A DNA stretch of 64,000 bases, from assembly GCA_964476595.1 (NCBI GenBank), contig CAYZCL010000154.1:903-64902 (forward strand). The letters run 5' to 3'. Origin of the DNA: an uncultured Desulfobacteraceae bacterium (GTDB taxonomy: Bacteria; Desulfobacterota; Desulfobacteria; Desulfobacterales; JALSRD01). A program made the position numbers and the translations under genes. This document shows, piece after piece, positions 1 to 7,432 of the stretch (position 1 is its first letter; each line of letters opens with the position of its first letter). The notes under the pieces were generated by a model. That model ran no database searches, had not been told where the DNA came from, and was given only the letters and a program-made list of their open reading frames with translations.

Positions 1-783
1 GAGGAATGCGCCGATGAGCACCACCAGCGGATTCATGTAGGTGCCGCCGATCTTGAAGTAGAAGCCGCGGGCCTTGACGGTCAGCGTGTCGGCCTTTTGG
101 CCGTTGACGTACACGCTCATGGGCGTTTCGGGCGGAATACGACGGCCCAGTTTGAAGGAGGCCGTGAATTCGCCGGTTTCCTTGTTCAGGTTGATGCTGA
201 CGTCCTTGTTCCAGTCCTTGGTGTTGTCGTTGGACAGCACCATACGGGCGTTTCCGCCGCCGATGGGCCGTTCCTTGGAAATAGTGTTGATGCCGAATTT
301 CTTTTCATGGGTGAAGATCAGAAAGTCCCACTGCTTGGCATCCTTGATGGGGCCCAGGTACTGCTTGACGTCGTCGGGGATGTCGGACCATTTCTTGAGC
401 TTGTTGACTTCCATCTGCCACTTGAAGGGCGGGAAGGCGAAGGGACCCGAGGTCTGTCCCTTGGAGACCACCTTGGGAGTGGCGAACTTGTCCGGCGCCG
501 TGGTCAGGATGTAGTAGTTGGGTGGAATGGCGGTGTCGCCGAACAGCTTCTTGAGCTTGGCTTTTTCCTTGGAGCCCGGGCTGTCGTCGGCCTTGAACAT
601 TTTTTCCGAGCACACCACCAGGTAAAGTTCCTGACCCGGCTCGATCTTACCCTTGAACTCGACCTTGGCACCGGCCTTAGGGGTTTTCGGTTTGATTTGG
701 ACGGTTGCGGCACCCGCCGATGCCGCTACTAGAAACAGCATGGCAGTCAGAAGCGCCAACCCCACAGTGATCTTTCTGGACAT
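1..783 (-). CDS. Exported hypothetical protein, partial (C-terminus lies beyond the left window edge)
   Basis: Absent from the supplied ORF track because it is open at the edge. My own minus-strand translation starts at ATG (CAT 781-783), preceded by GGAGGAGG (complement of cctcctcc 788-795), and stays open for 261 codons to base 1. The N-terminus MSRKITVGLALLTAMLFLVAASAGAATVQ looks like a Sec signal peptide. The last residues (NPLVVLIGAFL) look like the start of a TM helix. No family recognised. Confidence 0.7.
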   Translation of the reverse strand, partial: MSRKITVGLALLTAMLFLVAASAGAATVQIKPKTPKAGAKVEFKGKIEPGQELYLVVCSEKMFKADDSPGSKEKAKLKKLFGDTAIPPNYYILTTAPDKFATPKVVSKGQTSGPFAFPPFKWQMEVNKLKKWSDIPDDVKQYLGPIKDAKQWDFLIFTHEKKFGINTISKERPIGGGNARMVLSNDNTKDWNKDVSINLNKETGEFTASFKLGRRIPPETPMSVYVNGQKADTLTVKARGFYFKIGGTYMNPLVVLIGAFL

Positions 784-1119
784 TTTACCTCCTCCTTCGC
801 GATAAAGTGTAAAAAAATTCGGTGAACATCGCAAAACTCCCCTGCCTGTCATCACTCTTTTCCAAGTCTTCTTAAAACAAGCAAGGGATATGCCATCACA
901 GGGGGGCGGTGCCTGTCACCGCCCTGCCGAACGCGCTCTTTGTCTAAAAATAACGTTAAAACAGTTGTTTGTAATGCTGAAAGGCGGAAAAAGGGTTGGG
1001 GAATGAATTTTTCAGGCGGTCGCTTTTGACGATGCGGTCGGGGGTAATAAGTGCATTAATTTTATTGCATGAATGGTTGTCTGGGGTTTTTTTGTAATGA
1101 ATACGGCTGGATAAAAATA

Positions 1120-1156
1120 TGCAAAAAAGCAATTGCGATGCAAATAAATTGTTGCA
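1120..1156. promoter_or_regulatory. Cluster of TGCAA/TTGCA inverted-repeat half-sites (possible enhancer/UAS for the downstream sigma-54 promoter)
   Basis: The sequence TGCAAAAAAGCAATTGCGATGCAAATAAATTGTTGCA contains GCAATTGC, TTGCGATGCAA and TGCAA-N8-TTGCA symmetric elements. It lies about 130-180 bp upstream of the -24/-12 element. Another TTGCA occurs near 1066. Confidence 0.3.
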
Positions 1157-1285
1157 TTGTGGCCCGGAAGCAGTGTTGCCGGGGAAAGGGGGAAGCAATC
1201 CATGACCGATGCTATCGTATCGGAAATATGACGGTTTGTTGTCCGTCGGATCGATCCATGGGTTTCGATGACCGGTCATAGGTAC

Positions 1286-1301
1286 TGGTATGATTATTGC
1301 T
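1286..1301 (+). promoter_or_regulatory. Putative sigma-54 (-24/-12) promoter
   Basis: TGGTATGATTATTGCT matches TGGCACG-N4-TTGCW, with the invariant GG (1287-1288) and GC (1299-1300) at the canonical GG-N10-GC spacing. It lies about 115 nt upstream of the ATG at 1416. Confidence 0.55.
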
Positions 1302-1415
1302 TAAATGAGGTGATTCAGGATCTGTTCGCAACAAGAGGTGCCGGATCCGGCAGGAACAGGGAAAGCAGGAGAGGAGGCCGGTCCTCTTTCATTTTTTAAT
1401 ACCTGGAGGTAAGCC

Positions 1416-3500
1416 ATGGAAAAAGAAGTCTACTCGTTGTGTTTCATGTGTTCGGTCAGATGCCCGATCCGCGTGATCGCCAAAGACGGGCAGGTCAAGT
1501 GGATCGAAGGGAACCCGCACGTCGCCGGCATGGAGGGCAGCTTATGTCCCCGCGGGGCGGCCGGTATCAGCCTGCTTTACGACGATCAGCGGGTGCAGAC
1601 CCCCCTGATCCGGGTTGGTGAGCGCGGCTCCGGCCACTGGCGCAAGGCCAGCTGGGATGAGGCGCTGGACTATGTGGGCGACAAGCTCAAGAAGATCATC
1701 GACGAATACGGGGGACACGCCGTGGCGCTGGGCGAACGCACCCAGCTGGCCACCCACGTGAGCAAGACTTTTCTCAAGGCCATCGGCTCTCCCAACCACT
1801 TCACCCACGACGCCCTGTGCAAGGGCTCGGTCAACACCGCCTGCCGTTCCCTTTTCGGCTACACGGACGCCCAGATGGGCATCGACTATAAGAATTGCAA
1901 GCACATGGTGCTCTACGGCCGCAACCTGTTCGAGTCCGTGGCCGTCAAAGAGGTCAACAATATGATGTATGCGCTGGAACACGGCGCCAAGTTGACCTAC
2001 ATCGATCCGCGCGTGACGGTGACGGCCACCAAGGCCCACCGCTACTGGATGATCCGGCCCAACACCGATCTGGCTCTGAATTACGCCCTGATCCACGTCA
2101 TCCTCAAGGAACGTCTTTACGACGCCGCCTACGTGGACCGCTGGGTGACGGGCTTGTCGGAGCTGATCGAGTTCGTCAGCCCCTACACGCCGGAGTGGGC
2201 CGAGCAGATCACCGGCATCCCGGCCGGCGCCATCGTGGACTTCGCCCGCGAGGTCAGCCACGACAAACCCTCGGTGGTCTTTCACTTCGGCTACCGCGGC
2301 GCCAACCAGGTCGACGAGACCTACGTGCGCCGCTCCATCATGATCCTCAATTCGCTGATGGGCAGCGTCGAGGCCAAGGGCGGTTTCTTCTTCAAGAAGG
2401 GCCCCGGAGAAGAGGGCGGCAAGCCGGCCCGCAAACTCACCGAGCAGAAATTTCCCAAGATCGAAGTCCCGCGCTTCGACAAGGTCGGCACACCGGACTT
2501 TCCGCTGCCGGATCCCAACCACGGTGTGCCCTCCATGTTCACCCACTGCGTGCTCAACGAGGATCCCTATCCGCTCAAGGCGCTCATCGCCTACCGCTTC
2601 GATCCGCTGATGTCCATTCCGGACACCAACCTGACGCGCAAGGCCCTGGACGCCCTGGACCTGATCGTCTCCATCGAGATCAACTACAGCGACATCGCCT
2701 GGTACTCGGACGTCATCCTGCCCGAGTCCTGCTATCTGGAGCGCACCGACTCCGTCCAGCAGGCCAACGGCTTGAAGCCGCAGATGTTCCTGCGCCGCCA
2801 GGTGGTGCCGCCGCGCTACGACACCCGTGACGGTGCCGTCATCCTGAAGCAGATCGGCGAGCGCCTTGGCATTGGAGAGTACTTCCCTTATGAAAACATG
2901 GAAGACCTGGTGCGCTGGCAGCTTGAGGGCACCGGGTTCAAGCTGGAGGATTTCGATGCCAAGGGCTTCGTTGCCTACGGCAAGAAGCAGATCTTCTGGG
3001 ACCGCGCCGAAGGTATCAAGTTCAAGACACCGTCGGGCAAGATCGAATTCAAGTCCTCGCTGCTGGAAGAAGCCGGCTTTGAGTCTTTTCCAGCTTACGA
3101 GGAACCCAAATCACCGGGCAAGGGCCAGTTCCGTCTGGTGGTGGGGCGCTGCGCCCAGCACACCCACGTGTCGACGCAGAACAACCCCTATCTCAACGAC
3201 CTGGTCCCCGAAAACAGCCTGTGGATCAACGAAGACAAGGCGGCCGAACTGGGGATCTCCGACGGACAGATGGTGGAAATTTCCTCCAAGGCCGGCAGCG
3301 GCAAAATCCGCGCCCGGGTCACCGACCTGATCCACCCCGAGGCGGTCTTCATGCTGCATGGCTTCGGACACCAGGCCCAGAAGGCGGCGCGGTCTTACAA
3401 CAAGGGCCTCAGCGACGCTGTGCTGCAGGAGAGCCTGTACGACAAGATCGGCGGTAGCCCCTGCCTGCACGAGACTTTTGTAACGGTCAAGCCGGCCTGA
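1416..3500 (+). CDS. Cytoplasmic molybdopterin (Mo/W-bisPGD, MopB-family) oxidoreductase catalytic subunit, Psr/Phs-like, substrate unknown
   Basis: 694-aa ORF with a GGAGG RBS. The Fe-S motif CFMCSVRCPIRV sits directly at the N-terminus and there is no twin-arginine signal. The candidate metal-ligand region is SPNHFTHDALCKGS, where Cys is followed by Lys rather than the Sec/Cys-His dyad of formate dehydrogenases. Confidence 0.9.
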   Translation: MEKEVYSLCFMCSVRCPIRVIAKDGQVKWIEGNPHVAGMEGSLCPRGAAGISLLYDDQRVQTPLIRVGERGSGHWRKASWDEALDYVGDKLKKIIDEYGGHAVALGERTQLATHVSKTFLKAIGSPNHFTHDALCKGSVNTACRSLFGYTDAQMGIDYKNCKHMVLYGRNLFESVAVKEVNNMMYALEHGAKLTYIDPRVTVTATKAHRYWMIRPNTDLALNYALIHVILKERLYDAAYVDRWVTGLSELIEFVSPYTPEWAEQITGIPAGAIVDFAREVSHDKPSVVFHFGYRGANQVDETYVRRSIMILNSLMGSVEAKGGFFFKKGPGEEGGKPARKLTEQKFPKIEVPRFDKVGTPDFPLPDPNHGVPSMFTHCVLNEDPYPLKALIAYRFDPLMSIPDTNLTRKALDALDLIVSIEINYSDIAWYSDVILPESCYLERTDSVQQANGLKPQMFLRRQVVPPRYDTRDGAVILKQIGERLGIGEYFPYENMEDLVRWQLEGTGFKLEDFDAKGFVAYGKKQIFWDRAEGIKFKTPSGKIEFKSSLLEEAGFESFPAYEEPKSPGKGQFRLVVGRCAQHTHVSTQNNPYLNDLVPENSLWINEDKAAELGISDGQMVEISSKAGSGKIRARVTDLIHPEAVFMLHGFGHQAQKAARSYNKGLSDAVLQESLYDKIGGSPCLHETFVTVKPA

Positions 3501-3591
3501 TACCGGGAGTCAAGAAGAACACGCATTCTGCGGGGGCGGTGAGGCCGCAGGGCCGACCGCCCCGCCGAGCACACCATAGCGGAGGAAAATA

Positions 3592-4113
3592 ATGAGCAAG
3601 TATTTCATGCTGCAGGATCAGCAAAAGTGCATCGGGTGCCATTCCTGTGAAGTGCAGTGCCAGAGCAACAAGAACCTGCCGGTAGGCCCCAAGCTGTGCC
3701 AGGTCATCGAGGTGGGGCCCAAGTTCATCGACGGCAAACCCCGGGCCTCCTATATCTTCATGCCCTGCTTTCACTGTGAAAACCCCTGGTGCGTGGCGGC
3801 CTGTCCCACCGGCGCCATGCAGCGCCGCGAAAAGGACGGCATCGTCTTCGTCGACCAGAATCTGTGCGTGGGCTGCAAAACCTGCATCTCGGCCTGTCCC
3901 TGGGGTGCGCCGCAGTGGAATCCCGAGGCGGGCCGCGTGGTCAAGTGCGACTACTGCATGGACCGCATCGACGCCGGCCTCAAGCCGGCCTGCGTGACGG
4001 TCTGCCTGACCCACTGCCTGAACTTCGGCCAGACCGAGAGTCTGCCGTTCGTCAAGCGCGAACGCTACGCCAAGGCCATGGCCGCCAGCAAGGGCGCCGC
4101 GACGCTGGACTAG
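3592..4113 (+). CDS. 4x[4Fe-4S] ferredoxin-type electron-transfer subunit (DmsB/PsrB/HybA-like)
   Basis: 173 aa with four Cys groups: CIGCHSCEVQC, CFHCENPWCVAACP, CVGCKTCISACP and CDYCMDR...CVTVC. No signal peptide or TM. RBS GGAGGA. Confidence 0.9.
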   Translation: MSKYFMLQDQQKCIGCHSCEVQCQSNKNLPVGPKLCQVIEVGPKFIDGKPRASYIFMPCFHCENPWCVAACPTGAMQRREKDGIVFVDQNLCVGCKTCISACPWGAPQWNPEAGRVVKCDYCMDRIDAGLKPACVTVCLTHCLNFGQTESLPFVKRERYAKAMAASKGAATLD

Positions 4114-4251
4114 CGCCGGGATCTCATCGCCCGTGGCGTAACACGCCGTTCGGGGGGCGCCCCGCCCGAACCGAAGAGAACCTGACTGCTCACCGGGCGG
4201 CCGATACCGTTGCGGCCGCCCGCAAACCCCCAATGGGAAGGAAGATACGCC

Positions 4252-4704
4252 ATGGATGTCGCCGCCGTCGAAGCCATCCTGGAGAAGTACCCGCAAGTTC
4301 GGGGGAATCTGATCGGTATCCTGCACGAAGTGCAAAACCATTTCCACTACCTGCCTGAGGCTGAGCTGCGTTACATCTCCAAGCGCACCGGGATTCCGAT
4401 CACCCAGATCTACAGCATCGTCAACTTCTACAACCGTTTCAGCCTGACGCCCAAGGGACGCAACGAGGTGTGCGTGTGCCTGGGCACCGCCTGCCACGTC
4501 AACGGCGCCGAAAAGGTGCTCAACGCTATCGAGGAGAAGCTGCACATCAAACCCGGCGAGACCACCGACGACATGCGCTACAGCCTGGAAGAGGTTCGTT
4601 GCATCGGCGCCTGCAGCCTGGCGCCGGCCGTGGTCATCAACGAGGAAACCTACGGCCAGGTGACGCCCCGCCAGGTGGGCAAGATGCTCGATAAGTACAA
4701 GTAG
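4252..4704 (+). CDS. NuoE/HydC/HndA-like thioredoxin-fold [2Fe-2S] subunit
   Basis: I moved the start to ATG 4252 (RBS GGAAGGAAG). The tracked ORF begins at 4210. Motifs CVCLGTACH and CIGACSLAP are typical of the NuoE family. Confidence 0.9.
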   Translation: MDVAAVEAILEKYPQVRGNLIGILHEVQNHFHYLPEAELRYISKRTGIPITQIYSIVNFYNRFSLTPKGRNEVCVCLGTACHVNGAEKVLNAIEEKLHIKPGETTDDMRYSLEEVRCIGACSLAPAVVINEETYGQVTPRQVGKMLDKYK

Positions 4705-4773
4705 CGCTGCCGCCGATACCGGTAAAGTGCCGGACGGCGTATGGATCCTGCAGCAGTGACGGGGATGGATACC

Positions 4774-6576
4774 ATGAGTTCTGACAACAAGAAGGAAATC
4801 GTGATCTCGGTTTGCACGGGCACCGGCGGGGTGGCCGCCGGGGGCTACAAGGTGCTCGAGGCCTTCGAGCAGGCGCTGGCCGAAAGCGGCCTGTCGGCCA
4901 CCTACACGCCGCGCACCCACAAGGTCGGCTGCCGCGGCTTCTGCGCCAAGGACGTGCTGGTGGACGTGGCCGTGGACGGCGAGCTGCACACTTACCAGTA
5001 TGTGACGCCGGAACGGGCCCGCAAGATCGTTGAAGAGCACCTCCAGGGCGGCAAGCCCATCGAGAAGTGGCTGGTCAAGAAGGACTACCACCAGTTCCAC
5101 GACAAGCAGCAAAAACTGGTCCTGGCCAACTGCGGCCGCATCGATCCGGAGTCTATCGACGAGTACCTGGCCGCCGGAGGATACAAGGCGGCCGAAAAGG
5201 CGCTGGCCATGGACCCCGACGAAATCATCGAGATCATCAAGGCCTCTGGCCTGCGGGGCAGGGGCGGGGGCGGTTTTCCCACCGGTGTCAAGTGGCAGAG
5301 CTGCCGGCGGGCCAGGGGCGACATCAAGTACGTGCTGTGCAATGCCGACGAGGGCGACCCCGGTGCCTTCATGGACCGCTCCATCATCGAGGGCAATGCC
5401 CACAGCGTCATTGAGGGCATGATCATCGGCGCCCACGCCATCGGGGCCAACGAGGGTTACGTGTACATCCGCGCCGAGTACCCGCTGGCCGTCGACCGAC
5501 TCAAGCTGGCGCTGGAACAGGCGCGTGAGAAGAATTTCCTGGGCGAGAAGATCTTCGGCACCGATTTCAACTTCGACATCAGAGTGGTGCTGGGGGCAGG
5601 GGCATTCGTGTGCGGCGAGTCCACCGCCCTGATGACCTCCATCGAGGACAAGGCTGGCGAGCCGCGTCCCAAATACGTGCACACCACCGACCGCGGCCTC
5701 TGGGGTCGCCCCAGCAACCTGAACAACGTCGAGACCTGGGCCAACGTGCCGCTGATCATCGAGAAAGGCGCCGAGTGGTATGCCGCTATCGGCAGTGAAA
5801 AGAGCAAGGGCACCAAGATCTTCTCGCTGGTGGGCAAGATCAACAACACCGGCCTGGTGGAGGTGCCCATGGGCATCCCGCTGCGCGACATCATTTTCGG
5901 TATCGGCGGCGGCATCCCCAAGAAACGCGCCTTCAAGGCCGTGCAGACCGGCGGTCCCTCGGGCGGCTGCATTCCGGCCAGCCACTTGGACATGCCGGTG
6001 GATTACGAGAATCTCTCCGCGGCCGGTTCCATGATGGGGTCGGGCGGTATGATCGTCATGGACGAAGACACCTGCATGGTGGATGTGGCCAAGTACTTTC
6101 TGGATTTCTGCAAGAATGAAGGGTGCGGACAGTGTACGCCCTGCCGCGAAGGTGTGGCCCAGCTGGTACGCCTGCTCACCGAGATCACCGAAGGCAGGGG
6201 CACGCCGGAGCACATTCCCCTGATGGAGGAGCTGGCGGTCATGATCAAGGACGCTTCGCTGTGTGCCTTGGGCACCAGCGCCCCCAACCCGGTGCTGTCC
6301 ACCCTGCAGTACTTCCGTGAGGAGTATGAGGCTCACATCTACGAAAAGAGGTGCCCCGCGGCCGTGTGCAAGGCGCTCACTTCCTTTTACATCGACGAGG
6401 AGAAGTGCACCGGCTGCACCCTGTGCGCCCGCAACTGCCCTGCGGGCGCTATCTACGGTGAAAAAAAGGAACCCCATCACATCGACCAGGACAAGTGTGT
6501 CAAGTGCCGCGTGTGCTATGAAAACTGCAAGTTCGGTGCCGTGATGAAGGGACAGGGAGGCATGGCTCATGACTGA
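4774..6576 (+). CDS. NuoF/HydB/HndC-like NAD(H)- and FMN-binding Fe-S subunit
   Basis: Probable start is ATG 4774 (MSSDNKKEIV); the tracked ORF starts at 4741. Motifs: GLRGRGGGGFPTG, NADEGDPGAF and EGCGQCTPCREG. A C-terminal pair of ferredoxin motifs (CTGCTLCARNCP, CVKCRVCYENC) and an N-terminal thioredoxin-like extension are also present. This is the architecture of HydB-type (Bfu B) subunits rather than plain respiratory NuoF. Confidence 0.9.
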   Translation: MSSDNKKEIVISVCTGTGGVAAGGYKVLEAFEQALAESGLSATYTPRTHKVGCRGFCAKDVLVDVAVDGELHTYQYVTPERARKIVEEHLQGGKPIEKWLVKKDYHQFHDKQQKLVLANCGRIDPESIDEYLAAGGYKAAEKALAMDPDEIIEIIKASGLRGRGGGGFPTGVKWQSCRRARGDIKYVLCNADEGDPGAFMDRSIIEGNAHSVIEGMIIGAHAIGANEGYVYIRAEYPLAVDRLKLALEQAREKNFLGEKIFGTDFNFDIRVVLGAGAFVCGESTALMTSIEDKAGEPRPKYVHTTDRGLWGRPSNLNNVETWANVPLIIEKGAEWYAAIGSEKSKGTKIFSLVGKINNTGLVEVPMGIPLRDIIFGIGGGIPKKRAFKAVQTGGPSGGCIPASHLDMPVDYENLSAAGSMMGSGGMIVMDEDTCMVDVAKYFLDFCKNEGCGQCTPCREGVAQLVRLLTEITEGRGTPEHIPLMEELAVMIKDASLCALGTSAPNPVLSTLQYFREEYEAHIYEKRCPAAVCKALTSFYIDEEKCTGCTLCARNCPAGAIYGEKKEPHHIDQDKCVKCRVCYENCKFGAVMKGQGGMAHD

Positions 6577-7384
6577 AATGGTCAACCTGACGATCGATGG
6601 TCGAAAGATCCAGGCCCCGCCGGGGACCACGGTGCTGGAAGCCGCCCGCAAGGAGGGTATCTACATTCCCACGCTGTGCTATCATCCGGCGTTACCGCCC
6701 GAGGGAACCTGCCGGCTGTGCATCGTGGAGGTCAGCGGCCCGATCCGCCACAGTGTGCGCGTTTCCTGCATCCAGGAGGTCAAGGAGGGCTTGGTGGTGG
6801 AAACCGACACCGAGCGGCTGAACCACTCCAGGCGGCTGATCATCGAACTGCTGCTGGGGCGTTCGCCGGAAGCCAAGATTCTCCAGGACTTGGCCCAGCG
6901 TTACGGGGTGACCCGGAACCGCTTTGCCACCGGTGAGAACAATGACTGCATCCTCTGCGGCCGCTGCGTGCGTGTCTGCCGCGACGAGATTGGAGCGTAT
7001 GCGCTCTGTTTTGTCAACCGCGGCCCGGACCGCCGGTTGACTACCGACTTCGAACGTCTGTCTGAGTACTGTATCGGTTGCGGGTCGTGCGCCAACGTGT
7101 GCCCGACCGGCGCCATCCAGGTGGAGGACAAGGGGGACCAGCGCAAGATCTTTACCTGGGGTCAGGTCCTGGCGCGCTTCAAACTGGAGCGTTGCGAACA
7201 TTGCGGGACGCCTTTCGCCCCCAAGAAATACCTGGAACTGGTTAACAAACGTGCCTATCAGCCAAAGGGGTTGGAACTGGTGGAATACGTCTGCCCCGAA
7301 TGTTTCAAGAAGCGGGACCGGGTGCCGGAGGGCCGCAAGGCCGGTGCCTTGCGACAGGCCCTCAAGTGGTCGGTACCGCGGTAA
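6569..7384 (+). CDS. NuoG/HydA N-terminal-like [2Fe-2S]/[4Fe-4S] protein without a catalytic domain
   Basis: 271 aa. The N-terminus LTIDGRKIQAPPGTTVLEAARKEGIYIPTLCYHP...CRLCIVEV is a plant-type 2Fe-2S domain as in NuoG/HydA. It is followed by CILCGRCVRVC and CIGCGSCANVCP, and then CEHCG...CPEC. ATG 6569 overlaps the upstream stop codon (6574-6576), and GGGAGG lies 8 nt upstream. Confidence 0.85.
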   Translation: MTEMVNLTIDGRKIQAPPGTTVLEAARKEGIYIPTLCYHPALPPEGTCRLCIVEVSGPIRHSVRVSCIQEVKEGLVVETDTERLNHSRRLIIELLLGRSPEAKILQDLAQRYGVTRNRFATGENNDCILCGRCVRVCRDEIGAYALCFVNRGPDRRLTTDFERLSEYCIGCGSCANVCPTGAIQVEDKGDQRKIFTWGQVLARFKLERCEHCGTPFAPKKYLELVNKRAYQPKGLELVEYVCPECFKKRDRVPEGRKAGALRQALKWSVPR

Positions 7385-7432
7385 CCCGTACCGGGATCGC
7401 CGGTCAACCATTTCAATTTCTAGGAGTAGGAA

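Noticed and set aside
3487-6651. 1054-aa ORF on the minus strand
   Set aside because: It lies entirely antisense to the well-supported NuoE-like and NuoF-like genes. The translation is a low-complexity Ala/Gly/Arg/His/Val-rich string with no recognisable motif. Long stop-free antisense frames are expected in high-GC DNA.
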